From positions 43,509 through 107,508 of the forward strand of contig JAPOWW010000012.1 in assembly GCA_026707405.1 (NCBI GenBank): a stretch of DNA of 64,000 nucleotides, in the 5' to 3' direction. A program made the position numbers and the translations under genes. Positions 36,800 to 47,135 of the stretch are shown piece after piece. The stretch comes from Chloroflexota bacterium (GTDB taxonomy: Bacteria; Chloroflexota; UBA11872; VXNJ01). A model generated the notes under the pieces. The model was not told the DNA's origin and did not search any database. It was given only the letters and a program-made list of their open reading frames with translations. Each line of letters opens with the position of its first letter. Position 1 is the first letter of the stretch.

Positions 36800-37636
36800 C
36801 TAGTTAAGAAACCCTATATCCCGCAGATGATCCACCGACCGTTGCAGGCGCTCTTGTCTCTGTTCGAGCGTCAATAGCGGCTCACCCCTGATTCCTTCCA
36901 ACTCCATGCTGAAGGGACCGTAGAAACCGGCGTCGTTGCTCACCCGCCCTACCTCGGCGAAGTCAACGGCTCCGCCGTCGCCAAGTGCGGGAAAGTACCA
37001 TTCGTGAAACCCGCCCCGGCTGTCCTTCAGATGGAAATGGCATACCCACTCGATCACCATGTTCAAGTGCTCGATCACATCCGCCCCGTCGTTGTAGAAC
37101 AGGATGTTCCCGGTATCGAAGTTGAGCCGCAGGTTCGGATGGTCGAGATCTTTCATCGTTCGCACCATCTCCGGACCGTTCACCGTGATACCGGGATGAG
37201 TCTCAAAGGCGACGATGATCCCGCGTTCCGCGGCGTAGTCCCCAACGTCCGTCAGGTTTCGATATAGCTGCATACGGTCCGTGTCGTCGCTGACCTCGCC
37301 CGCGCTGCCCACCAGGATCGATGCCCCGAACTTGACGCAAATGTCGAGCCGCTTCTTGACACGCTCGATTCCCTCTGGATCGAGCATGTCGTCGCCGCCG
37401 TTCACACTCGTCGCCAAAACGCCGTGCTCGTCGAGTTTGTCTTTGTAAGCCTGTAATTCTGCCTCGGGCAGTTTCTCTGTTGGTACCACCGACTCGGGAA
37501 CGACGAGGTCTCCCGAATGCGACCTGACCGCCACCTCCAGATTTCTGAGTCCAAGCGCGCGGACGTTTTCTATTGCACCCGCGACGCCGTACTCGCCGTA
37601 ACAATTCGTAAGCACTGCTACCAGGTTTTCAGCCAT
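36800..37636 (-). CDS. Sugar phosphate isomerase/epimerase (xylose isomerase-like TIM barrel)
   Basis: Family pattern present (FETHPG, NLRLNFDTGN, HFHLKD). I prefer the start at ATG 37636 (MAENLVAVLTN) over the track start at 37690. Confidence 0.8.
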   Translation of the reverse strand: MAENLVAVLTNCYGEYGVAGAIENVRALGLRNLEVAVRSHSGDLVVPESVVPTEKLPEAELQAYKDKLDEHGVLATSVNGGDDMLDPEGIERVKKRLDICVKFGASILVGSAGEVSDDTDRMQLYRNLTDVGDYAAERGIIVAFETHPGITVNGPEMVRTMKDLDHPNLRLNFDTGNILFYNDGADVIEHLNMVIEWVCHFHLKDSRGGFHEWYFPALGDGGAVDFAEVGRVSNDAGFYGPFSMELEGIRGEPLLTLEQRQERLQRSVDHLRDIGFLN

Positions 37637-37835
37637 GATCGTCAATCCCATTCCTCTTCGCACCGATATATCCGCCCGTCTCAACCACAATTACCAACCG
37701 GGGCGGTCCGCCTCCGACGTTAGGGCGTGCGGAATACTACTAGATGCGGCTATGTCAGTGATCGCGCCTGCCGCCCCGCGACGAAACTCCGGGCGGGTAT
37801 ATACCGGTTTTGGCTAAAGTTCATTCGACGAGTCA

Positions 37836-39002
37836 GTGGGGGTAATTCAAAACATGTCGTCGAATCAGCGGTCCGCGCTTCTTGACTTGGTGCGGTTGTT
37901 CCTACGGCTCGGGACCGTCGCATTCGGCGGACCGGCTGCCCACATCGCCATGTTTCGGGAAGAAGTCGTAGTCAGGCGCAAGTGGCTGACCGAACAGCGA
38001 TTCCTGGATCTGATGGGCGCGACAAACCTGATCCCAGGGCCCAACTCCACCGAGATGGCCATCCACATCGGTCTTGAGCGCGCCGGCTGGCGCGGACTCA
38101 TAGTCGCCGGAGCCTGCTTTATTCTGCCGGCGTCGATCATCGTCGGCGCCCTCGCTTGGGCCTATGTGGAGTTCCAGACAGTCCCCGCGCTTGGGTGGGT
38201 CACTTACGGGATCAAACCCGTCGTCGTCGCGATCATCTTCAACGCGCTCTTCGGACTGGGAATAACGGCCCTCAAGACACGCTGGCTGATGGCGCTTGGT
38301 CTGGCCGGACTGGTGCTGTTCCTCGCCGGCATGAACGAGCTGGCCGTTCTGTTCGGCAGCGGTTTCCTCGTTGCGCTCTTTCGCACCGCCGGGAAGTTGC
38401 CGTTGGGCGGTCGGGGAGCGGTAGCCTTCGTTCCGGTGCTGGGGTTCAACGCCGCGGCCAAGGCGCTCGCGGCGGTCCCCGGTCTCGAGCAGATATTCCT
38501 TTCATTCCTCAAGCTCGGCGCGGTGATTTACGGAAGCGGATACGTCCTGCTGCCATTCATGAATAACGAGCTTGTCGAACGGCTCGAATGGCTCACCGCT
38601 ACTCAGCTTCTCGACGCCATAGCGATCGGGCAGATTACGCCCGGGCCGGTCTTTACGACCGCCACCTTCGTCGGCTACCTGCTGGCCGGCGTGCCCGGAG
38701 CGGCGGTAGCGACCGTCGCGATATTCCTGCCGTCGTTCGCTTTCGTTGGAATATTGAATCCCCTGGTGCGGAAGATTCGCGACCTCGACTGGGCCGCCGG
38801 ATTTCTCGACGGCGTCAATGCCGCCGCGATCGCCCTGATGGCCGGCGCCGTGATTCAACTCAGATCGTCGGCCATAATCGACTGGCCGACAGCGATAATC
38901 GCCGTGGCATCCCTCGTGGCCCTCCGCATGAAGGTCAACGCCACCTGGCTCATCCTGGGAGCGGCGGGCTTCGGCGTGGTTGTGCGGCTGGTTTTCGGCT
39001 GA
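37836..39002 (+). CDS. chrA: Chromate ion transporter (CHR family), two-domain form
   Basis: First half has FGGPAAHIAMFREEVVVRRKWL and LIPGPNSTE. The second half repeats the pattern (GAVIYGSGYVLLPFM, ITPGPVFT). 388 aa. Confidence 0.85.
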   Translation: MGVIQNMSSNQRSALLDLVRLFLRLGTVAFGGPAAHIAMFREEVVVRRKWLTEQRFLDLMGATNLIPGPNSTEMAIHIGLERAGWRGLIVAGACFILPASIIVGALAWAYVEFQTVPALGWVTYGIKPVVVAIIFNALFGLGITALKTRWLMALGLAGLVLFLAGMNELAVLFGSGFLVALFRTAGKLPLGGRGAVAFVPVLGFNAAAKALAAVPGLEQIFLSFLKLGAVIYGSGYVLLPFMNNELVERLEWLTATQLLDAIAIGQITPGPVFTTATFVGYLLAGVPGAAVATVAIFLPSFAFVGILNPLVRKIRDLDWAAGFLDGVNAAAIALMAGAVIQLRSSAIIDWPTAIIAVASLVALRMKVNATWLILGAAGFGVVVRLVFG

Positions 39003-39064
39003 CTATCGATCTGGATTGGTGAGACTAGTAACGGCATGCAGGCTCACAGCGACGAGTCGCGGTT

Positions 39065-40846
39065 ATGACGACTGAAGCCTGGATCGTAGCCGGCGTCATC
39101 GGGGCGGCGTTGGTGCTGTTCGCCAGCGAAAAGGTGCGGCCCGACATCGCCGGCCTGATCGTGCTGCTGACGCTCGCGCTGTCGGGCGTTATCGAGGCCG
39201 GAGAGGCATTCGCCGGTTTTAGCAACCCGGCGGTCATTACCGTCGCTGCGATGTTCATCGTGAGCGCGGGCATGGTCGAGGCAGGGGTCCCCAACGCCGT
39301 GGCGGGAGCCATATCGAAATTCGGCGGCGCACGATTCGGAACGCTCCTGGCGTTGGTAATAATCGTCGTCGGCGTGATGTCGGCATTCATCAATAACGTC
39401 GCCGCAACCGTGATCCTGATCCCCGCCGTGATCAGCCTGGCCCGTGGAGCGGAGGCGTCGCCGTCCAAACTGCTGATACCGCTCTCGTTCGGATCGTTGC
39501 TGGGCGGGCTTACGACTCTCATTGGAACGCCGCCCAATCTGCTCTCCGCCGAAGCCCTGCGTCAGGCGGGACACGAACCCTTCGGCATGTTCGACTTCCT
39601 GCCTACCGGCGCGGCAGTCCTCGGCGTCGGACTCATTTATCTGCTCACGGTCGGGCAGCGGCTTCTGCCGGACAGGCCCGGACCCGATGTCGCGCACGAA
39701 GTCGCGCAGACCCGCGAATATTGGACGGAACTCTTCGTAGTCGCCGAATCGCGCGTAGTCGGCAAGCAGCTTCGCGAATTGCGGTGGCTGACTCGTTTCG
39801 GAGTCAAGGTGGCCGAGATCATCCGCAGGGGAGAAAGGAACCGGTTCCCGTCGGAGACCGACGTGATCTACATCGACGACATGCTTCTCGTCGAAGGTGA
39901 AAACGAGGCCGTGATGAATCTGGTTCAGAGCGAGGGACTGGCGTTCCACGCCGAGCGCCAGGTAGCCGACCGTTTGGTTCAGGACCACGAAGCGACGGTT
40001 CTCGAGCTCGTAGCCGGTCCGTCCTTTGCCGGTGCCGGCAGCACCATCCGAAAGATGAATTTTCGAGTCCGTTATGGTGGACTGGTGCTGGGTATCTGGC
40101 GGCAAGGGCATCGGATTCGCCGGTCGCTCGGTACGGTCCCGCTCAGGCCCGGCGACGTGATGCTCGTGCGCATGCCCAACTCGCGCATTGCCCAACTCGC
40201 CGAGTCTCGCGACTTCATCGTTCTGAACCAGCGGTCCAGAGCAGTCACGCCGAAGCCCCGAATGCTCGTCGCGCTGGCCATTCTTGGCGTCATGGTTAGC
40301 CTGGCCGCAACGGGCGTTGCGCACATCAGCATCGCCGCCGCCGTCGGCGTGTTTCTGATGCTGGCAGCGCGGGTTATTCCCTATCAGCGTCTCTACAGGG
40401 CGATTGAATGGCGAATCCTGATCCTGATCGGCTCGCTTATCCCGCTGGGCACCGCGATGCGCAGCTCGGGACTTGCCGAATTCGTCGCGGACGCCATCAC
40501 GTCCAACATAGAGTTCGCGGGCCCCCTGGCCGTGCTCGCCGGGATCTTCGTTTTAACCGCGGTTTTGACGCAGATAATGTCCAACGCCGCCGCCGTAGTA
40601 CTGATCGCCCCCATCGCGTTGCAAATCGCAGGGGATTTCGAAATCTCGCCATATCCGGTCATGATGATCGTCGCCATATCGGCATCGACAGCCTTCCTCA
40701 CGCCGATCGGCCACCAGGCGAACGTCGTCGTCTACAACTCGGGCGGTTACCGATTCGTCGATTTCATAAGGGTGGGCGGGCCGCTTACCCTGCTGATCCT
40801 CTTAGTGTCGCTGGTTGTAGTTCCGATAGTCTGGCCGCTGTCCTGA
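39065..40846 (+). CDS. SLC13/DASS-type anion permease with two central TrkA-C domains
   Basis: 593 aa. N- and C-terminal polytopic halves (inverted-repeat-like) flank two soluble about 80-aa segments of TrkA-C type ([19 protein letters not shown]..., [27 protein letters not shown]...). Confidence 0.82.
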   Translation: MTTEAWIVAGVIGAALVLFASEKVRPDIAGLIVLLTLALSGVIEAGEAFAGFSNPAVITVAAMFIVSAGMVEAGVPNAVAGAISKFGGARFGTLLALVIIVVGVMSAFINNVAATVILIPAVISLARGAEASPSKLLIPLSFGSLLGGLTTLIGTPPNLLSAEALRQAGHEPFGMFDFLPTGAAVLGVGLIYLLTVGQRLLPDRPGPDVAHEVAQTREYWTELFVVAESRVVGKQLRELRWLTRFGVKVAEIIRRGERNRFPSETDVIYIDDMLLVEGENEAVMNLVQSEGLAFHAERQVADRLVQDHEATVLELVAGPSFAGAGSTIRKMNFRVRYGGLVLGIWRQGHRIRRSLGTVPLRPGDVMLVRMPNSRIAQLAESRDFIVLNQRSRAVTPKPRMLVALAILGVMVSLAATGVAHISIAAAVGVFLMLAARVIPYQRLYRAIEWRILILIGSLIPLGTAMRSSGLAEFVADAITSNIEFAGPLAVLAGIFVLTAVLTQIMSNAAAVVLIAPIALQIAGDFEISPYPVMMIVAISASTAFLTPIGHQANVVVYNSGGYRFVDFIRVGGPLTLLILLVSLVVVPIVWPLS

Positions 40847-40955
40847 CCATCGGTCCAACAGCCACAATGAGTCCAATGACCGACGTGTAGAAAAGCGACG
40901 CGCTGATCCGGCCGTTCGCTATAGTGATTCGCTATCCATTCAAGCGAGGCCCCGA

Positions 40956-41774
40956 GTGATCAACGTCCATCTCGACAAAGCCGCGCGGCGAACCGTGGCC
41001 GGCGTCGACCGTGAAACCGTCCTGTCGACCCGGAATCTCCAATTCTGGTATGGCGAAAAGCTGGTACTCAACGATATCTCTCTCGACATTTCCGAACGCG
41101 AAGTCACGGCCATAATCGGGCCTTCCGGATGCGGCAAGAGCACCTACCTGCGCTGCTTCAACCGAATGAACGAGCTTATCCCCACCGCCCGGCACGCCGG
41201 GAGAGTCCTCTTTCGCGACCGCGACATCTACGCGCGGAGCGTGGACCCGGTCGAGATAAGAAAGCGTATCGGCATGGTTTTTCAGAAGCCTAACCCTTTC
41301 CCTAAGTCCATCTTCGAGAATGTCGCTTACGGTCCGCGCGTAAACGGATACGACAGAAAGCTTGAGGACATCGTTGAACGCTCGCTGCGCGACGCTGCCC
41401 TTTGGGACGAAGTAAAGGACGATCTCAAGCAGAGCGGCCTGGCGTTGTCCGGCGGACAGCAGCAGCGCTTGTGTATCGCGCGTGCGCTGGCGGTGGAGCC
41501 CGAGGTCATTTTGATGGACGAGCCGTGCTCGGCGCTCGATCCGATAGCCACGACGCGCATAGAGGACCTGATACGCGAACTGCGCGAGAAGTACACCATC
41601 GTAATCGTGACCCACAACATGCAGCAGGCCGCGCGTGTATCCGACCGCACCGCGTTCTTTAACGTGAACGAACATGGCGCTGGCGGTCTGGTCGAATTCG
41701 CCGATACTCAGCTTCTATTTACGACTCCCAGCGATAAGCGGACCGAGGCATATATAACCGGTCGGTTCGGCTGA
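40956..41774 (+). CDS. pstB: Phosphate ABC transporter ATP-binding protein PstB (solitary)
   Basis: Walker [10 protein letters not shown], PstB-typical FNRMNELIP, signature [15 protein letters not shown], Walker [13 protein letters not shown], and a C-terminal [10 protein letters not shown]. Confidence 0.9.
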   Translation: MINVHLDKAARRTVAGVDRETVLSTRNLQFWYGEKLVLNDISLDISEREVTAIIGPSGCGKSTYLRCFNRMNELIPTARHAGRVLFRDRDIYARSVDPVEIRKRIGMVFQKPNPFPKSIFENVAYGPRVNGYDRKLEDIVERSLRDAALWDEVKDDLKQSGLALSGGQQQRLCIARALAVEPEVILMDEPCSALDPIATTRIEDLIRELREKYTIVIVTHNMQQAARVSDRTAFFNVNEHGAGGLVEFADTQLLFTTPSDKRTEAYITGRFG

Positions 41775-41893
41775 GGCTCGCCCGGGCTCTGCCGGGAGCT
41801 TCGTATACTTGAATCACCAAGACAATCCATCAAAGAGGCTCGATTGGATCGCGGTATCCTCCTGCAATCTGCGACTGAAACTAGGATGGATTC

Positions 41894-44800
41894 GTGACGC
41901 TCGCGAGAGAGAAAGGCGTGCTGGCGCGCTTTCAGCCCTCGGTCCAGTGCTGGTTCGAAGGCCGGTTCGGCGCACCAACCGACGCTCAGGATGCCGGCTG
42001 GCCGCTTATACGGTCGGGTCGAAATACGCTCTTGGCCGCGCCGACGGGTTCCGGCAAGACGCTCGCGGCGTTCCTGTCCAGCATTGATGATCTCGTCGCC
42101 CGCGGCGGCGATGGCGAGCTGGCCGACGAAACCGCCGTCGTCTACATATCGCCGCTCAAGGCGCTCAGCAACGACATACAGCGCAACCTGGAAGAGCCTT
42201 TGGCCGGCATCCGCGAGGCTGGTCGTAGCTCGGGGCTGCACGTTCCGGAAATCCGGACGTTTGTCCGCACGGGCGATACTGCTCAATCCGACCGCCAGGC
42301 GATGGTCCGCCGGCCGCCGCATATCGTTATCACGACGCCGGAGTCGCTTTACCTGCTACTGACGGCCAAGAAAGGCCGCGAGATGCTGCGCACGGTTCGC
42401 ACGGTCATCGTGGACGAAATCCACGCGCTTGCCCGCGACCGGCGCGGAAGCCACCTCGCGCTCTCGCTCGCAAGGCTGGACCATGTCGCCAACACCACGC
42501 CCCAGCGGATTGGCCTTTCGGCCACGCAACGTCCCCTGCAGGAAATAGCGAAGTTCCTGGTCGGCGCCAGTCCCGAAGCCAGTTGTGAAATCGTCGATCT
42601 TGGCCACCAGCGAGACATCGAATTTGCCGTCGAAACGCCGCCGAGCGACCTCGAGGCCGTGGCCCCCAGAGAGCAGTGGGGAGACATCTACGACAGGCTC
42701 GCCGCCCTTATCGAGTCGCACAAGACCTCGCTGCTGTTCGTCAACACGCGCGCGCTCGCCGAGCGGGTAGCGCACAATCTGACCGAGCGCCTCGGAGCCG
42801 ATGCCGTTGCGAGCCATCATGGCAGCCTGGCCAAGGAGCGGCGGCTACTGGTAGAGCGACGGCTCAAGGACGGGACCCTCAAGGCTCTGGTGGCGACGGC
42901 GTCGCTGGAATTGGGTATCGACATCGGCAGCATAGACCTGGTCTGCCAGATCGGGTCGCCGCGGAGCATCGCCGCCTTTCTGCAGCGGGTCGGCCGATCC
43001 GGACACAGGCTGAGCGTGCGTCCCCACGGACGGCTGTTCCCCACGACCCGCGACGAGCTGATCGAATGCGCGGCGCTGGTTCGCGCGGCGCGGGCCGGAC
43101 GCCTCGACCGAATCGTACAGCCGGTAGCGCCTCTCGACGTGCTTGCCCAGCAGATCGTTGCCGAGTGCGCGTGCGAGGACTGGGACGAGGATGCTCTGTT
43201 CGATCTGATGCGCAAGGCGGCTCCGTTCGCAGACCTCACCCGCAAGGACTACGACGAAATTGTGGAGATGCTTGCGGCGGGCGTCGGTGACGGGGCGGGC
43301 CGGGCGCCCAGGCTGCTGCATCACGATCGGATAAACCGCGTCGTGCGCGGCAGGCGCGGCGCTCGCATGACTGCGCTCACCAACGGCGGGACCATTCCCG
43401 AGACCGGCGATTACCCCGTTATCAAGGAACCGGACGAGATAAAGGTCGGGTCGGTCAACGAAGACTTCGCCATGGAAAGCATGGCCGGCGACATCTTCCT
43501 TCTCGGTAGCACGTCGTGGCGCATCCAGCGGGTCACTCAGGGAACGGTCAGGGTCATCGACGCTCAGGGCGCGCCGCCGACCATACCGTTCTGGCTGGGA
43601 GAAGCGCCGGGTCGCACCGTCGAGCTTTCCGAAGAGGTGGGGCAGCTGCGGCAAGAGGTGGCCGCCGGGCTCGACGAACCCGCAACCCTCGCCAAGATGC
43701 TGCGTGAACGGTGCGCCCTAAATAACCTTGGCGCGGAGCAGCTAATCGAGTACGTGCGAGCCTCGGTAGAGGCGCTTGGAATTGTGCCGAGCGCCGAGAA
43801 CGTCGTATTCGAACGGTTCTTCGACGAAACGGGAGGGATGCAGCTCGTAGTCCACGCGCCGTTCGGACAGCGGATAAATCGCGCATGGGGTCTCGCGCTG
43901 CGTAAGCGCTTCTGCGTCAAGTTCGACTTTGAGCTTCAAGCTGCCGCCAACGACAACGCCTTCCTGCTTTCTCTGGGGCCGCAGCACTCGTTTCCGCTGG
44001 AAGAGTCCTTTTCCTACTTGAAGTCATCCAGCGTAACGCGGCTCCTCGAGCAGGCCATCCTATATACCCCTCTCTTCCCAACCCGGTGGCGATGGAACGC
44101 AACGAGGGCGCTGGCGATACCACGGCAGCGCGGCGGACGGCGCGTCCCGCCATTCTTGCAGCGTATGCGGGGCGACGACCTCATGGCCGCCGTCTTTCCC
44201 GATCAGGTCGGCTGCCAGGAGAACGTCACCGGGCCGCTAGAACTCCCCGATCACCCGTTGATTCGCCAAACGGTCCACGACTGCCTGCGTGAAGCCATGG
44301 ACGTTGACGGTCTGGCTGAGATTCTGAAGCGAATCGAAAACGGCCAAATTTGCCTTCACGCGGTGGATACGGCAGAGCCGTCGCCTATGTCGCACGAGGT
44401 GGTGAGCGGCAAGCCTTATACCTATCTGGACGACGCCCCCATCGAAGAGCGCCGAACACGAGCCGTGAGTCTTCGCCGGGTGTTGCCCGAAGACGCCCGC
44501 GAGCTGGGAGCGCTCGATGCCGACGCGATTCTCCGCGTAGCCGAGGAAGCCTGGCCGCAGCCTCGCGATGCCGACGAGGTCCACGACACGCTGTTGGGTC
44601 TTGTCGCCGTCAAAGAGCGCTTCATTCGGGACTGGAGGCCCTGGCTGCTGGAGCTCGCGCTGGACGGGCGGGCGTGCTCGCTCGATGGCGGGTCGAGCCG
44701 CGTATGGTACGCGGCCGAAAGTGTCAGGCTGATCGCGCAACTGTTCCCTCATCGCGAAGTTCCCGAGTTGGCTCTCCCTGACGGCGTGGCAATCGCAGCG

Positions 44801-46141
44801 GAAAACCGTGAAGACGCACTCGCCCAGATCATCCGCGGACATACCGAAGTTCTCGCCCCAACGACCACCGACGCACTTTGCGAGCGAACTTCGCTGGACC
44901 CGCAAGACGTCGAGATGGGGGTACTGCACGTCGAATCGGGCGGCTTCATTTTGCGCGGGACCTTCACGCCGGGCGCGAAGGTCGAGGAGTTTTGCGACAG
45001 ACGCCTTCTGGCCCGCATCCACCGCTACACGCTCGAAAGGCTAAGGAAGGAAATCGCGCCGGTTTCGGCCCGCGACTTCATGAGATTCCTAATTCGCTGG
45101 CAGCACGCCGACTCCAAAACCCGTCTCGAAGGCAAGGAGGGTATTCGGCGGGCTATCCGGCGGCTTCAGGGATTCGAGGCTCCAGCCTCCTCGTGGGAGC
45201 GCGACCTGCTTCCGGCGCGCGTCCGTGACTACCGTCCTAGCGACCTGGATGAGCTTTGCTTTGCGGGAGAGATCGTGTGGGCGAGACTCTCGCCCCGGCG
45301 TTCGGCAGTGGACGCAAACGGACACGCCGACCAGGGCGCTTCGCGCTCCACCGCCACGCGCGCCACTCCCGTGACCTTGGCCTTCAGGGAAGATTTGCCT
45401 GATCTGCTGACCGCCGCCCGAAGCTACCTAACCGACAAGCCGTCGGAGCCGGAGGTTGGCGCGGCTGGTGAAGTCTTGCAGACTCTGCGCCGGCGCGGCG
45501 CACTCTTCTTCGACGAGATCGCCACGCAAACCCGCAGGCTGCGAACTGATGTGGAACAGGGGCTGCGTGAGTTGATAGGCGCCGGCCTCGTTACCTCGGA
45601 TGGATTCCAGGGGCTTAGGACCATCGCGCAAGGGTGGCGGTCACACCACCGGCGGCGTCCGCGACATTCGGGATTCAACGGAATCGCCGCCAGCCCGCCG
45701 GGTCGCTGGGCGGCTATCAGCGTTCCCGACCGCGACCCGGACAACGAACACAGGCTGGCTGAAAGACTGGCGGGAATACTGCTGGACCGCTACGGCGTTA
45801 TATTCCGCGATCTTATGCAGCAGGAGAGCGTCACTATGCCCTGGCGTTACCTGCTGAAAGCGCTCAGACGGCTCGAAGCCAGGGGTGAGGTGCGCGGAGG
45901 ACGCTTCGTTTCCGGTTTCGTCGGCGAACAATACGCGCTCACCGAAGCAGTGAAGATACTCCGCGAGATTCGTCGAGAGCCGCTCACGGGCGAGCGGGTC
46001 GGCGTCAGCGCCGCTGACGTCTTGAACCTATCCGGAGTAACGACTCCCGGACCGCGCGTGGCCTCACACTCAGGACGCGTTGTTGTCTTGACCGACGGTG
46101 TGCCGAACGCCGAAGTTACGGAGCTTACGGCGGCGATCTAA
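41894..46141 (+). CDS. lhr: Lhr-like large ATP-dependent SF2 helicase
   Basis: 1415 aa. N-terminal W-F..RFG.PT..Q pattern, Walker A APTGSGKTLAAFL, VIVDEIHAL, helicase C, and a long C-terminal extension as in Lhr. Confidence 0.9.
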   Translation: MTLAREKGVLARFQPSVQCWFEGRFGAPTDAQDAGWPLIRSGRNTLLAAPTGSGKTLAAFLSSIDDLVARGGDGELADETAVVYISPLKALSNDIQRNLEEPLAGIREAGRSSGLHVPEIRTFVRTGDTAQSDRQAMVRRPPHIVITTPESLYLLLTAKKGREMLRTVRTVIVDEIHALARDRRGSHLALSLARLDHVANTTPQRIGLSATQRPLQEIAKFLVGASPEASCEIVDLGHQRDIEFAVETPPSDLEAVAPREQWGDIYDRLAALIESHKTSLLFVNTRALAERVAHNLTERLGADAVASHHGSLAKERRLLVERRLKDGTLKALVATASLELGIDIGSIDLVCQIGSPRSIAAFLQRVGRSGHRLSVRPHGRLFPTTRDELIECAALVRAARAGRLDRIVQPVAPLDVLAQQIVAECACEDWDEDALFDLMRKAAPFADLTRKDYDEIVEMLAAGVGDGAGRAPRLLHHDRINRVVRGRRGARMTALTNGGTIPETGDYPVIKEPDEIKVGSVNEDFAMESMAGDIFLLGSTSWRIQRVTQGTVRVIDAQGAPPTIPFWLGEAPGRTVELSEEVGQLRQEVAAGLDEPATLAKMLRERCALNNLGAEQLIEYVRASVEALGIVPSAENVVFERFFDETGGMQLVVHAPFGQRINRAWGLALRKRFCVKFDFELQAAANDNAFLLSLGPQHSFPLEESFSYLKSSSVTRLLEQAILYTPLFPTRWRWNATRALAIPRQRGGRRVPPFLQRMRGDDLMAAVFPDQVGCQENVTGPLELPDHPLIRQTVHDCLREAMDVDGLAEILKRIENGQICLHAVDTAEPSPMSHEVVSGKPYTYLDDAPIEERRTRAVSLRRVLPEDARELGALDADAILRVAEEAWPQPRDADEVHDTLLGLVAVKERFIRDWRPWLLELALDGRACSLDGGSSRVWYAAESVRLIAQLFPHREVPELALPDGVAIAAENREDALAQIIRGHTEVLAPTTTDALCERTSLDPQDVEMGVLHVESGGFILRGTFTPGAKVEEFCDRRLLARIHRYTLERLRKEIAPVSARDFMRFLIRWQHADSKTRLEGKEGIRRAIRRLQGFEAPASSWERDLLPARVRDYRPSDLDELCFAGEIVWARLSPRRSAVDANGHADQGASRSTATRATPVTLAFREDLPDLLTAARSYLTDKPSEPEVGAAGEVLQTLRRRGALFFDEIATQTRRLRTDVEQGLRELIGAGLVTSDGFQGLRTIAQGWRSHHRRRPRHSGFNGIAASPPGRWAAISVPDRDPDNEHRLAERLAGILLDRYGVIFRDLMQQESVTMPWRYLLKALRRLEARGEVRGGRFVSGFVGEQYALTEAVKILREIRREPLTGERVGVSAADVLNLSGVTTPGPRVASHSGRVVVLTDGVPNAEVTELTAAI

Positions 46142-46298
46142 CCGCGGCTTCCGGACACGCCGAGTCCCTAACGAGCGCCGAGGCACAGCCGGCCCTGACG
46201 ACCTTTGCGGCAGATTCAGGTACTTGCGCCGAACCCGGAATGGGAGGAGTCATCCGCCCCCTCCCTTCGCGATCAACCCGTTCCGATGCCCTTCGCGG

Positions 46299-46988
46299 TC
46301 AGGATAGTTCGCCAGCTTCCAAGTCGTCCAAACTGAAAATGATAATCGTCCAGTCCAACCTGTTTGCATCCGGAGTTACCGTGACGGTTATTTCCCGCAT
46401 GTTGTAGGCGACGAATCCGTTCGGCGCCCTCGTGAATACTTGCAGTTTCGTGAGGTCCCAGCGATTGGTTGACGGGTCTCCACCGCGAGCGGATACCTTG
46501 GGGTGATTTATGAACTGCACGACCCAAGGACCCTCGCTTGCGAATGCGATTTGCCACTTCGCCCGCCCCGATCCGCTCTTGACAAACACCGGAAAGCGAA
46601 GCTGTCTTGCCTGAAACGGGTCTTGTCCGCCTACGAGGCTGATTTGTCCGGTCGCGAAGTCGGTAGAGTGCGTGTGTCTGGGCGGAGACGATATCGGCGA
46701 AATGGGAGCCGGCGCGATCGGCACTTCGACCTCCCGAATAATCTCTTCACCAATGCCCGCCCACGCGAACACTTCCTGAACGTCGTCCCGATGGTCGTTT
46801 TGGCAACCCTGCTCCGCACCCTCGCCGAATGTGCTTTGATAGATACCGACGTTGTGGGTATTTCCTAGATGGGCTTCCACGATGTCATTCAGCTCTACAC
46901 ACGTTACGGGCCACTGCGCGCTCGCCACGGCAACCATGCCGACCGCCGACACCATCGCGGCAACAACTGCTAAAACTATCCTCTTCAT
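46299..46988 (-). CDS. Secreted protein of unknown function
   Basis: Clear signal peptide MKRIVLAVVAAMVSAVGMVAVASA, a Cys-containing N-domain, a Pro-rich linker (PIAPAPISPISSPP), and a beta-rich C-domain. I recognise no family. Confidence 0.55.
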   Translation of the reverse strand: MKRIVLAVVAAMVSAVGMVAVASAQWPVTCVELNDIVEAHLGNTHNVGIYQSTFGEGAEQGCQNDHRDDVQEVFAWAGIGEEIIREVEVPIAPAPISPISSPPRHTHSTDFATGQISLVGGQDPFQARQLRFPVFVKSGSGRAKWQIAFASEGPWVVQFINHPKVSARGGDPSTNRWDLTKLQVFTRAPNGFVAYNMREITVTVTPDANRLDWTIIIFSLDDLEAGELS

Positions 46989-47135
46989 GCCTCCCCCTTT
47001 TGGCCAAAAGCCGCAGATTCTTCAATCCGTTCGCGAGGAAAGATAACAGAGGAGCGAATGCGGAAAACCCGACCGTTCCACGCATAACCGCCGTGACCGC
47101 CATCGCACGGTCGGCGCAGCCCCGAGATCGGTTCG

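Noticed and set aside
39044-40324. 426-aa antisense ORF opposite the SLC13 permease gene
   Set aside because: The composition is low-complexity and Arg/Asp/Gly-rich with no family pattern. The plus-strand frame encodes a coherent polytopic transporter with TrkA-C domains.
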